Position numbers and translations under genes: made by a program. Shown piece after piece: positions 18,133-26,994 of a stretch of 64,000 nucleotides of DNA. Each line of letters starts with the position of its first letter. Position 1 is the first letter of the stretch. The notes beneath the pieces were generated by a model, which saw only the letters and a list, made by a program, of their open reading frames with translations, had not been told where the DNA came from and ran no database searches. This DNA comes from an uncultured Thermoplasmatales archaeon (GTDB taxonomy: Archaea; Thermoplasmatota; E2; DHVEG-1): NCBI GenBank assembly GCA_964410735.1, contig CAYPIF010000107.1, forward strand, positions 6,656 through 70,655, in the 5' to 3' direction.

Positions 18133-18875
18133 GCAACTGCCCCCTTATCTGGCATATTCTTATGATTGCAAGGAATACAGTTGTTTTCAAAATAGGGGAT
18201 GATCTTCTTTGCCTCTGCTTTCTCTATGATCTGACCACCACACATTAAAAAAGCGTGATCTGCCTGTCTTAAGACCGCTAAGCTATGGGTAATAAGAAGT
18301 ATCGTTGTACCTTTTTTCTTTAGTTTTTTGATGACCTCGGCCATTTTATCAAGTGTTCCAACATCGATACCTGAATCTGGTTCATCAAGCATGATAAACG
18401 GTGGGTCCATCGCAAGTATCGAAGCAAGTTCAACCTTTTTTCGTTCACCACCACTTAATGTTTGATCTACGGATCTGTTAAGATATTCCTCCGGGTTCAG
18501 CCCCATCTGGATTAATGAATCGTTTATGATACCTTCAGCATCTTTCTTTCTTGAAGCTGGTATCCCTGCCGCAATGAAATCATGGATACTGATACCTTCA
18601 TATCGTGCTGGTTCTTGCCATCCAAAAGTGATGCCTTTTCGCGCTCGTTCATCAATCGAGAGGTCATTGATCTTTTCACCATTGAAGAAGATATCACCGG
18701 TCACATCACGGTATCCTTCGAGACCCATGATCGATGATGCAAGGGTTGATTTCCCTGCTCCATTCGTGCCAACTAATGCATGGATATGTCCGTTCCATAT
18801 GTCCAAGTTCACCTTCTTTAATATGTGATTTCCATTGATTTTTAAACTGAGGTCTTTTATCTCAACGATTCCCAT
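18129..18875 (-). CDS. sufC: Fe-S cluster assembly ATPase SufC
   Basis: Walker A 'GTNGAGKST', signature 'LSGGERKKVELAS', Walker B 'IMLDEPDSG'. The ORF track start (19031) adds an implausible 52-aa extension; 'MGIVEIKDLSL' is the expected SufC N-terminus. Confidence 0.85.
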   Translation of the reverse strand: MGIVEIKDLSLKINGNHILKKVNLDIWNGHIHALVGTNGAGKSTLASSIMGLEGYRDVTGDIFFNGEKINDLSIDERARKGITFGWQEPARYEGISIHDFIAAGIPASRKKDAEGIINDSLIQMGLNPEEYLNRSVDQTLSGGERKKVELASILAMDPPFIMLDEPDSGIDVGTLDKMAEVIKKLKKKGTTILLITHSLAVLRQADHAFLMCGGQIIEKAEAKKIIPYFENNCIPCNHKNMPDKGAVA

Positions 18876-18936
18876 GGTCTGTACCTTCATTTGATATATG
18901 CTATTTTTGAAACTGAAAAAAATGAAAGATGTGGTT

Positions 18937-19320
18937 TTAGGTTTTGTTTTTCCATAATCCATGCACGTTACAGTATTCCCGTGCTTCCACATCATCTGCG
19001 TGTAGTTCGAACAATGCCTCTGGTTTATCACCCGGTTTCAGGAATTTTCTCATACTTGTTCCATCTGCCAGGACCTGTATCCATTCGATGTAATGTTTTT
19101 CTTCCATTGGATGGGACTGATTCTGACCGACCTTCACAAGGATACCTTGCTCAGTTTTTTCAATATATGGTACATGTTTCTCTGTTGAGGCGTCCTGGGT
19201 TTTTTCGTCTTGTTTCTCCATTGGTTTGCCGCAGCATACAAGTTGTCCAGCACCAGCATGTAATACTTCCACAATATTTCCACAAATCATACATTTATAT
19301 ATTTCTCGGACCTTCGTCAT
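18937..19320 (-). CDS. dfx: desulfoferrodoxin (2Fe superoxide reductase) with N-terminal desulforedoxin domain
   Basis: 127 aa. '[12 protein letters not shown]...LVCCGKPM' is the Dx domain. The SOR domain has His ligands and C-terminal 'CNVHGLW'. Confidence 0.85.
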   Translation of the reverse strand: MTKVREIYKCMICGNIVEVLHAGAGQLVCCGKPMEKQDEKTQDASTEKHVPYIEKTEQGILVKVGQNQSHPMEEKHYIEWIQVLADGTSMRKFLKPGDKPEALFELHADDVEAREYCNVHGLWKNKT

Positions 19321-19341
19321 TTGTTACATTCCTCCTTATTT

Positions 19342-19917
19342 TCAATATGCTTCTACAAAGAGCTCGTAATAGCTCTGAGGATGTTGACAGGCAGGACAGA
19401 TCTTTGGTGGTTCAGGACCCTCATAGATATAGCCACAGTTCCGACATTTCCATTGGACCTTTTTCTCTCTTTTGAACACGAGACCGTTCTCCACGTTATG
19501 TAAAAGTGTTCTGTATCGTTTCTCATGAGCGGCTTCTACTTTTGCTATAGATGCAAAGCTTCGTGCGACCTCTGGGAATCCTTCTTGCTCCGCGGTTGTT
19601 GCAAAATCCGGGTAGAGTGTCCCCCATTCCATTTTTTCTCCTTCCGCAGCTGCAAGAAGGTTTTCTTTTGTCGTTCCGATCTTACCAGCTGGATAGGTTA
19701 CAGTGATCTCAACATCCCCACCTTGTAGATGTTTGAAGAAGACCTTTGCATGTTCCTTTTCGTTTTCAGCTGTTTCCTCAAATAAGGCAGCGATTTGTTC
19801 ATATCCTTCTTTTCGTGCTTGTGACGCAAAGTAGGTATATCTATTTCGTGCTTGGGATTCTCCTGCGAATGCTTTTAAGAGGTTTTGTTCTGTTTTTGTT
19901 CCTTTTAATGTTGCCAT
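19342..19917 (-). CDS. rbr: rubrerythrin
   Basis: 191 aa. Diiron ferritin-like domain with two E..H motifs. C-terminal rubredoxin 'WKCRNCGY...CPACQHP'. Confidence 0.9.
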   Translation of the reverse strand: MATLKGTKTEQNLLKAFAGESQARNRYTYFASQARKEGYEQIAALFEETAENEKEHAKVFFKHLQGGDVEITVTYPAGKIGTTKENLLAAAEGEKMEWGTLYPDFATTAEQEGFPEVARSFASIAKVEAAHEKRYRTLLHNVENGLVFKREKKVQWKCRNCGYIYEGPEPPKICPACQHPQSYYELFVEAY

Positions 19918-19943
19918 GTTCCTTTCACCTTAATCTGCATTTT

Positions 19944-20438
19944 TTATGGTCCTGCATGGACCATTTCCCAGTAGACATCTGCCTGTTCGAACCGTTCAAT
20001 GCTCTCTTTTTCGGTTTGTAATATGCGGTAATGACCCATTTCCATATCAGCGAAATATCGTAACATCTGTGAGGTCTTGGTATCTGTGAATCTCTTTGAG
20101 AGCAGCTCATAGAAATCATGCGCTGCTTGTTCGGCCTCCATGGCTTGTGAGAGAATGGTGCTTAATGGGATATCCTCATCTGATGGTATCTGTATCTCAG
20201 GGAGCGGTACAGGCGATGTTTTTGGTATTGTTATCTCTTCCTTTGGAAAGGTTTTTTTAAAGAGTTTTTCGAGGTATTGTTTGTGTTTTGTTTCCTCGGA
20301 AGCAAGAAAATGGAATTTATCTTTCATAAGACCATTTTCCACTTTTTTCTCAAGTGTTGTATAGACCTTGTAACTTTCCATTTCGCTTTTAAGAGCAGTG
20401 AGTATAAGGTCTTTGATGTCATATTCTTCATAGTTCAT
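19944..20438 (-). CDS. ferritin-like/rubrerythrin-family diiron protein (no rubredoxin domain)
   Basis: 164 aa. Two helical halves with 'ASEETKH' and 'ADMEMGH' E...H-type motifs. Confidence 0.55.
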   Translation of the reverse strand: MNYEEYDIKDLILTALKSEMESYKVYTTLEKKVENGLMKDKFHFLASEETKHKQYLEKLFKKTFPKEEITIPKTSPVPLPEIQIPSDEDIPLSTILSQAMEAEQAAHDFYELLSKRFTDTKTSQMLRYFADMEMGHYRILQTEKESIERFEQADVYWEMVHAGP

Positions 20439-20448
20439 GGGTATTCAC

Positions 20449-20853
20449 CTAATCCAATAATCGTTGTTGACCTGTGAGTTTTTGGAGATCTGTTATATCC
20501 TGTGATGCCTCAAGACATCCTAGATATCCTCCGTTTTTATCACGTAAAGCATAGTATTCGATCATCACCTTATGAGGCGGAGTATTCTCATCAAATGTAA
20601 GGTCTATCCAGAATCGTGCTTTCTCTCTTTTTCCTGCTTTCATCTCTTCTAGGATCTGTTCAACCTTTCCGAGGCTCTTTTTGGGATGGCAGTTTCGAAC
20701 GTTCCTGCCAACAACGGCCTCAGGACGTTTGAATATCCTTGTGGCATGTTTGTTCCATGCCACAACGTTATCATCTTTGTCAACGATTGAAATCTCCACA
20801 GGTATTGTTTCTAACACCACGTCGATAAAATCTTCAGGTAGTTCTCCTATCAT
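20449..20853 (-). CDS. PAS-domain protein (putative sensor)
   Basis: 134 aa. PAS-fold pattern 'ISIVDKDDNVVAWNKHATRIF' with a conserved Cys/His 'RNCHP'. Family assignment is uncertain. Confidence 0.5.
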   Translation of the reverse strand: MIGELPEDFIDVVLETIPVEISIVDKDDNVVAWNKHATRIFKRPEAVVGRNVRNCHPKKSLGKVEQILEEMKAGKREKARFWIDLTFDENTPPHKVMIEYYALRDKNGGYLGCLEASQDITDLQKLTGQQRLLD

Positions 20854-20880
20854 TTTTCGTTCCTCTTGGTTCAGATTCCT

Positions 20881-21393
20881 CTATTCCTTTGCGATCTCCG
20901 AAACAAATGTCCTCTGCCCAAGTTCTTTATCGATCATGAAGAGTCCGTTTCCTTTTTCTCCAACGAGTTTAAGTTTGGCAATGATCTCATTGTCATTTGC
21001 CTCCTCTTCGATTTGTTCTGTGACGAACCATTGGAGAAATATCTGCGTCGCATGATCTTTTTCTTTGATAGCAAGGTCCATGAGGTCGTTGATGGATTTG
21101 GTTATGAATTGTTCATGTTCCAGTGTTTTCTCAAACATGTCCATCGGGTTTTCGAACGTAGATGGGGGTTCATCGATCTTTTTAAGATGGATCTTACTTC
21201 CTTGATCATTGAGGTAGTTGTAGATACGCATTGCGTGTTCCATCTCTTCATTGTATTGCACCATGAACCAGTTGGCAAACCCATCCAGACCAATGTTGGT
21301 TGTGTGACCTGACATTGAGAGATAAAGATACGCGGAATACATTTCTTTGTTCATTTGCTCGTTCAGTGCTTTTTCCATTGTTTTGCTTATCAT
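20881..21393 (-). CDS. ferritin (non-heme, FtnA-like)
   Basis: 170 aa. Ferroxidase-centre residues 'EMYSAYLY', 'EEMEHA', 'EHEQF', 'QWFVTEQIEEE'. Confidence 0.85.
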   Translation of the reverse strand: MISKTMEKALNEQMNKEMYSAYLYLSMSGHTTNIGLDGFANWFMVQYNEEMEHAMRIYNYLNDQGSKIHLKKIDEPPSTFENPMDMFEKTLEHEQFITKSINDLMDLAIKEKDHATQIFLQWFVTEQIEEEANDNEIIAKLKLVGEKGNGLFMIDKELGQRTFVSEIAKE

Positions 21394-21413
21394 TTTTCGT
21401 CACCACATTTAAT

Positions 21414-22055
21414 TTAGATCTTTTTATGACAGAACCACCAATCATAACAGTTGTATTCCTTTGTTCGTTTCTCAGCTGTTTTCACATCAGATGCAGGCGG
21501 GACGATGACCTCATCCTTGATCAGTTCATTATTTGGCCAGTTCGCGGGTATTGCAACACCATTACTATCTGCAACTTGGAATCCTTTGATCATGCGGAGG
21601 AATTCATCCATGTTCCGGCCTAATTCTTGAGGATAATACAAGATTGCTCTAATGGTCCCTTTTGGATCCACCATGAATATTGCCCTGACCGTATTTGTTC
21701 CCTTACCAGGGTGGATCAATCCAAGAGTGTTGGCGACTTTTCCGGTATCCGCTATGATAGGGAATTCTATTTTAACATCAAGTTTTTCTTTGATCCATTC
21801 TTCCCATTTGATATGAGCAAATACCTGATCAACGCTCAGTCCAATTAACTCGGTGTTCAATTCCTTGAACTGCTTCCAGCGTTTCTGAAAAGCAACGAAT
21901 TCAGTGGTACAGACCGGTGTGAAATCAGCAGGGTGGCTAAATAATATGAACCATTTACCTTTGTAATCACCGGGTAGTTTTTTCATTCCGTGAGTTGTTT
22001 GTACCTGCATTTCGGGGAATGCATCCCCAATTAATGGCATTTTCATTTCATCCAT
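21414..22055 (-). CDS. peroxiredoxin (AhpC/TSA, 1-Cys/Prx6-type archaeal)
   Basis: 213 aa. Peroxidatic 'FTPVCTTE'. C-terminal 'CYDWWFCHK'. Confidence 0.9.
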   Translation of the reverse strand: MDEMKMPLIGDAFPEMQVQTTHGMKKLPGDYKGKWFILFSHPADFTPVCTTEFVAFQKRWKQFKELNTELIGLSVDQVFAHIKWEEWIKEKLDVKIEFPIIADTGKVANTLGLIHPGKGTNTVRAIFMVDPKGTIRAILYYPQELGRNMDEFLRMIKGFQVADSNGVAIPANWPNNELIKDEVIVPPASDVKTAEKRTKEYNCYDWWFCHKKI

Positions 22056-22126
22056 ATTCCTTTCACCTTCTTTTCAATCATTTTCTCTTTTTATTTTAAT
22101 ATCTTTTAATTCTCGTTCTTTTTCTG

Positions 22127-22288
22127 TTTTTATTTTATTCGTTTCATAGGAACACCACAGCAGTAGGGAATACTGTTGGGTGCTGAGTCAAATTCTATGA
22201 TGGAGTCACAGTTGCAATCCTCGTCCTTACAATTGCATTTGTATTGCACCGGTTTACCTGCCCCTTCACATCCACAACTATTACACAT
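22127..22288 (-). CDS. 52-aa Cys-rich metal-binding protein (9 Cys; C-terminal desulforedoxin-like CCG.PM), not in the ORF track
   Basis: Translation: MCNSCGCEGAGKPVQYKCNCKDEDCNCDSIIEFDSAPNSIPYCCGVPMKRIK. ATG at 22288 with GGGAGGTG 8 nt upstream; TAA at 22127-22129. It sits between fprA and the peroxiredoxin gene. Confidence 0.55.
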
Positions 22289-22324
22289 TTTTTAAACACC
22301 TCCCGGTTTATTACCACTTATAGT

Positions 22325-23509
22325 TCATTTTTTTATATATTTTACTATTTTTGAACCGATATCTCTCATTTTATCTAAATCATTTTCGCCGGGTATATAA
22401 TTGACATTCATACTTTTGATGGGGCGATCCCACCCAAGTCCATCAATGATCTTTTCAATCTCTCCTACCGCCTGACCACCCCACCCATAGGAACCAAAAA
22501 CAAATCCAACTCGGTTAGATGGTCGAAGTCCTTTCAGATAGGTCAGAAAACCACCCATTGTTGGAAGCATCCCATTGTTGAGTGTAGGTGAACCTAGTAG
22601 AACCAATCGTGACTCAAGGATATCAGTTATGATATCTGACATGTGATTTTTTTGAAGATGCCTCATACGCACATCCATTCCTTTGTCCCTGAGGCCGTCA
22701 AGCAATGCATATGCTAATTTTTCAGTTGACCCCCACATAGTGTCATAGATGATTACCGCTTTTTCTTCAGTTGTATCAGTTGACCATTTCTTGTAATATT
22801 CGATCATTTGTTTGTAGTGTTTCCGCCATATGATACCATGACTTGGAGCGATCATATCAAAGTCTAAGGAACCGATTGTTTCGAGGGCTTTTTGGACTTG
22901 CCCCCCATACGGTAAAACGATATTGGCATAGTATTTTGCAGCCTCATCCCTGAGTATATCAAAGGGAAGCTGATCATCAAAGCGTTCTGAAGTTGCTATA
23001 TGCTGACCAAACGCATCATTGGGTATGAGCAGCTTATCAAACGCACTGTATGTGACCATGGAATCAGGCCAATGGACCATCGGTATGTGGACGAACTGTA
23101 GTGTTCTTTTTCCAATAGATAGTGATTCGCCAGAAGTAACAACTTGGGTTTTCCAGTTGTGGTTGTAATGACGTAATAATCCTTTCTCTCCCCGTGTTGA
23201 GGTGATCAGTGTTGCATCAGGGATCATTGGCAGTATCTTTGGAAGGCTTCCTGAATGATCCATTTCCACATGGTTCGAGATGACATAGGCGATATCTTTT
23301 GGGTCTACAACTGATTTGATCCGTTCAAGCATCTCTTCAAAAAGATAATGTTTTACCGTGTCTATCAAAGTAACCTTCTCATCGATTATAAGATATGCAT
23401 TATATGTTGAGCCTTTCGGCGTCTTATATCCATGGAAATCACGGAGATCCCAATCGATGCCTCCAACCCAATAGACATTGGGTTTAATCTTGATTGCTTT
23501 CATCTCCAT
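22325..23509 (-). CDS. fprA: flavodiiron protein (rubredoxin:oxygen/NO oxidoreductase, FprA)
   Basis: Metallo-beta-lactamase-like diiron domain 'HVEMDHSG', plus a C-terminal flavodoxin domain. The ORF track start at 23512 is a GTG; ATG at 23509 overlaps the rubredoxin stop (TGATG). Confidence 0.9.
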   Translation of the reverse strand: MEMKAIKIKPNVYWVGGIDWDLRDFHGYKTPKGSTYNAYLIIDEKVTLIDTVKHYLFEEMLERIKSVVDPKDIAYVISNHVEMDHSGSLPKILPMIPDATLITSTRGEKGLLRHYNHNWKTQVVTSGESLSIGKRTLQFVHIPMVHWPDSMVTYSAFDKLLIPNDAFGQHIATSERFDDQLPFDILRDEAAKYYANIVLPYGGQVQKALETIGSLDFDMIAPSHGIIWRKHYKQMIEYYKKWSTDTTEEKAVIIYDTMWGSTEKLAYALLDGLRDKGMDVRMRHLQKNHMSDIITDILESRLVLLGSPTLNNGMLPTMGGFLTYLKGLRPSNRVGFVFGSYGWGGQAVGEIEKIIDGLGWDRPIKSMNVNYIPGENDLDKMRDIGSKIVKYIKK

Positions 23510-23667
23510 CACTGTACTTCAAATGCTTCTTTTCCTGCACCACAGACAGGACATACCCAATCATCTGGTAGTTCCTCAAAGGATGTTCCCGGGGCTATAC
23601 CCCCATCTGGATCTCCATTTGCAGGGTCATAGATATACCCACAGACGGTACATACATATTTTTCCAT
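23509..23667 (-). CDS. rub: rubredoxin, not in the ORF track
   Basis: Translation: [52 protein letters not shown] (52 aa). It has both CxxCG knuckles; GGAGG lies 6-7 nt upstream of the ATG. Confidence 0.85.
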   Translation of the reverse strand: MEKYVCTVCGYIYDPANGDPDGGIAPGTSFEELPDDWVCPVCGAGKEAFEVQ

Positions 23668-24212
23668 ATTTTTTCCTCCAAATCCGTTTTTAACTGTTTT
23701 TTACTTTCTTTACCCACATAGGTCGGTGCTGTCTTAGGAGAATATCCACCTTTGACAGTATGATAGTACGCATAGGTCATTGGTTCTGCATCGTTCAGAA
23801 CCTCTGCGTTGATGATGTCACCAACAAAAATCGTATGTGTGCCAACATCTATTGATTGATTGACCTTAACTTCCATGAAAGCAATGGCGTGATCCGTGAC
23901 AATAGGCATGTTTGTTCTTTCAAAAATGCAACTTACCCCATTCATCTTGTCAATGTCACGACCGCATTTGAACCCAAATGTGCCAATAAAGGTCATCGGT
24001 GTATCCTTATCAAGGATAGAAAGTGTAAAAGATCTGCTCTTTTGGATAAGTTCATGGGTGAGGTTCTGTCTATTGATGCTGATTGCAAGTGTTGGTGGCT
24101 CCGAGGTAACTTGGAATGCCGCGTTAGCTATCTGACCATTCTCTTTTCCATCAAACTTAGAACATACAACGTAAAGGCCATAGGTGATCTTTTGTAATGC
24201 TTTTTTATCCAT
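23595..24212 (-). CDS. flavin reductase-like (FMN-binding split-barrel) protein
   Basis: 205 aa. 'ITYGLYVV...[11 protein letters not shown]' flavin-reductase domain. Its last ~24 codons overlap the rubredoxin gene in another frame. Confidence 0.75.
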   Translation of the reverse strand: MDKKALQKITYGLYVVCSKFDGKENGQIANAAFQVTSEPPTLAISINRQNLTHELIQKSRSFTLSILDKDTPMTFIGTFGFKCGRDIDKMNGVSCIFERTNMPIVTDHAIAFMEVKVNQSIDVGTHTIFVGDIINAEVLNDAEPMTYAYYHTVKGGYSPKTAPTYVGKESKKQLKTDLEEKIWKNMYVPSVGISMTLQMEIQMGV

Positions 24213-24639
24213 TTTTATGCTCCCTTTTTTTTAGGCAGTTCTTGCAAATGCCTCTGAAATATCCGTGGACCTCATCGATCTGATGGCCATGTTTCTTGAT
24301 GTCCTTTTTGATGGTTTCAATATTTGGGCAGTGGAAATGAACATCGTATATCTGTCCACATTCCTTACAGATGAAATGGTGATGCATCTCCTGATGAAAA
24401 TCATATCTATGTTCTGTGGGACATATGGTCAATCGTTGGATGATACCGGAGTTTGTAAGTATTTCAAGGGTGTTATAGACCGTTGTTTTTGAAAGGGAAG
24501 GATATTTTGAGACCAAGGCCTGGTATATCTCGTCAGCAGTGGGGTGCGTGAGATGTGATTCCAGATAACGGAGTATCACAAGTCGTTGCTGTGTGACCTT
24601 CAGATCATGACCCCGGAGAAGCTCAACATAGGTTTTCAC
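24205..24639 (-). CDS. Fur-family metalloregulator (PerR-like, inferred from context)
   Basis: DNA-binding 'LKVTQQRLVILRYL' and a metal site 'HHHFICKECG...CKNC'. The ORF track start (24762) adds a hydrophobic extension of about 41 aa. GTG at 24639 with GGGGT about 8 nt upstream gives a typical ~144-aa Fur protein. Confidence 0.75.
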   Translation of the reverse strand: MKTYVELLRGHDLKVTQQRLVILRYLESHLTHPTADEIYQALVSKYPSLSKTTVYNTLEILTNSGIIQRLTICPTEHRYDFHQEMHHHFICKECGQIYDVHFHCPNIETIKKDIKKHGHQIDEVHGYFRGICKNCLKKREHKNG

Positions 24640-24755
24640 ATGAATTACCCCAATAGATGAAATGATTATTAATTTGAAATAATTACAATTTAAAACCAAA
24701 TACATTCTTTGGTATTTAAGCTTAATGGAAAAGATATAAAAAAGAGGGAAAAAAG

Positions 24756-24968
24756 TTAGCAAGAACTATGTTCAATTGCATCGTTAGGACAGGCACTGAC
24801 ACATGCACAGCATTCAATGCATTCTGCAACATTATTTGCTACAGCCTTCCCATCAACAAGTTCAAAAACATCCACGGGACAAACAGTAACACATTCGCCG
24901 GTACCAGTACATTTCTCATAATCGATAATGATTTTAATATCTCCCTCTTCAAACTCTTTTTTTACCAT
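24756..24968 (-). CDS. small Fe-S ferredoxin
   Basis: 70 aa. Two Cys clusters, 'CTGTGECVTVCP' and 'CIECCACVSACP'. GGAGG SD upstream of the ATG. Confidence 0.7.
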   Translation of the reverse strand: MVKKEFEEGDIKIIIDYEKCTGTGECVTVCPVDVFELVDGKAVANNVAECIECCACVSACPNDAIEHSSC

Positions 24969-25383
24969 ATAATCATAGCCTCCGTTTTTTGGAAGGGTGA
25001 AATAAATCAGGTCTTAAATTAGTTTCTATCACTCTATTTACATTCGATTCATCATATGCTAACCTACTTTGACAATATATTACCTTCGTTTGTATAACCG
25101 TACAACTAGGAGAACTATACGTTTCATAAACCCAAAAAGACCATTGGCACAGAAAATATTCAATTTGAAGCGAACTTGCACCACGCGCATATAATTCGCA
25201 ACATTTATGTAAAATGAACCCCATTGTAAATACAAAAATGCAATAATATCGAAAGATAAAATTCATATTTGCCGTCTTTTCAGCATTAAATGTTGTTATA
25301 TAATGTTTAAAGTTGGAATATTAGTTGTATAAAGTGTTGAGACACATAACTCATTACTTTTCAGCTCATCTTAAGGTGACCAT

Positions 25384-25833
25384 ATGATAGAAATTAAAAA
25401 AATCGAGAAAACAAATGAATTCCCAATGAACTTAGAAGAATCAGATATCATCGACTTTCTCTATACACATCTTGATAAATATGGAGATAGTAGAAGAGCA
25501 ATCAAGAAAGCAATAAATTACGCATTCTCTGAAGAATCTGGAAAAGGTGGTTTCCTACTGACAGCAACAGAGCATGACTCTCTTGTAGGCACTGTTGTCA
25601 TCAACCACACAGGTATGGCGGAGTACATCCCTCATCATATATTGGTATATATCGCAGTTGATAAGAGTAAACGAGGCAATGGAATAGGTAAAAAACTCAT
25701 GGAAAAAGCTGTTGACCTCTGCCCAGGGGATATCGCACTTCATGTTGAATACGATAACCCCGCAAAACGACTGTATGAACGATGTGGTTTTACTTCAAAA
25801 TATGCAGAGATGAGATATGAACAGCCAGCATAA
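25384..25833 (+). CDS. GNAT-family N-acetyltransferase
   Basis: 149 aa. Acetyl-CoA-binding motif 'RGNGIGKKLMEKAV'. Confidence 0.8.
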   Translation: MIEIKKIEKTNEFPMNLEESDIIDFLYTHLDKYGDSRRAIKKAINYAFSEESGKGGFLLTATEHDSLVGTVVINHTGMAEYIPHHILVYIAVDKSKRGNGIGKKLMEKAVDLCPGDIALHVEYDNPAKRLYERCGFTSKYAEMRYEQPA

Positions 25834-25842
25834 GGAGATACC

Positions 25843-26925
25843 ATGGCGACTTTAAAGATCCATCCAGACAGAATAATCAAAAACATCGAGAAAATGAACC
25901 GTTTTCTCTCAGAACAGGGCAAGGAATGGTCTCTTGTCACAAAGGTTCTCAATGGCCATAAACATACGCTCGAAAAGATTCTAGATTCGGATGTTATCAA
26001 AGGTACCCACTCCATCGCCGACTCAAGGATATCCAGTATAAGGACGATAAAAAAAATCAATAATGACATTGTGACGATGTATCTCAAACCACCCGCTAAA
26101 TCAACAATCAAGAACATCATTCGATATGCAGATATCTCTTTAAATACAGATTTTCAGACGATCAAACTTCTCAATGATGAAGCAAAAAATCAGGATATCA
26201 TCCATAGGATCATCATAATGATTGAGATGGGGGAATTAAGAGAAGGAGTGGTCCGTGATAGATTCCTTGAATTTTATGAGAAGGTTTTCGATCTATCCAA
26301 CATAAACGTCATAGGTCTCGGAACAAACCTAGGATGCATGTATGGTATAGAACCAACCTTCGATAAGTTGATACAGCTCTGTCTGTACGAACAACTCATT
26401 GAAACAAGATTCAACCAAAATCTCGAGCTCGTCTCCGGCGGCAGCAGCATTACATTACCACTGCTTAAACAAAAAAAAGTACCAAAAGGGGTAAATCATC
26501 TCAGAATAGGAGAAGCGGTCTTTTTAGGCACCTCACCCCTCCAACAGAGAAAGTTCATGAGGATGTCGACCAATGCATTCGAATTCATTGGAAATATTGT
26601 CGAGTTGCAAAAGAAGGAAAATATGCCTGACGGGATCATGGGATCCGGTAACGTTGGTCATGCTGAAACAATAGATACCGAGGAAAAACTACAGGAGGAG
26701 TACAAAGCATTGCTTGATTTCGGTGTTATCGATGTGGATAGCCCCAATCTCACCCCAAAGAACAGAGACGCTCAGTTTTTAGGAACAACATCCGATCTGA
26801 CCGTGTATAGTGTTGGATTGGATATCAGCAGATATCAGAAACAAAAACTTATGCACTTCGACCCAAATTATATGGCAGTCGCACGGTTAATGAACTCGAA
26901 ATTCATTACAAAGCAAGTTACATAA
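25843..26925 (+). CDS. PLP-dependent alanine-racemase-fold protein (YhfX-like putative amino-acid racemase)
   Basis: 360 aa. N-terminal TIM-barrel with 'LVTKVL' around a putative PLP-Lys. The C-terminal beta domain is similar in length and organisation to Alr/ornithine-racemase-like proteins. Family assignment is moderate. Confidence 0.5.
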   Translation: MATLKIHPDRIIKNIEKMNRFLSEQGKEWSLVTKVLNGHKHTLEKILDSDVIKGTHSIADSRISSIRTIKKINNDIVTMYLKPPAKSTIKNIIRYADISLNTDFQTIKLLNDEAKNQDIIHRIIIMIEMGELREGVVRDRFLEFYEKVFDLSNINVIGLGTNLGCMYGIEPTFDKLIQLCLYEQLIETRFNQNLELVSGGSSITLPLLKQKKVPKGVNHLRIGEAVFLGTSPLQQRKFMRMSTNAFEFIGNIVELQKKENMPDGIMGSGNVGHAETIDTEEKLQEEYKALLDFGVIDVDSPNLTPKNRDAQFLGTTSDLTVYSVGLDISRYQKQKLMHFDPNYMAVARLMNSKFITKQVT

Positions 26926-26994
26926 CAGGAGGCAGTTTAGTAGAGAATGGGATGGAATTAAGGAGTTATAAACGTAGAAAATCAGTGAGGAAAT

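Noticed and set aside
24969-25383. The 415-nt AT-rich gap between the ferredoxin and GNAT genes as a possible ncRNA or regulatory element.
   Set aside because: No stable secondary structure or conserved motif was recognisable by eye. It is most simply a divergent promoter region. A Fur/PerR-box search would be the decisive test.
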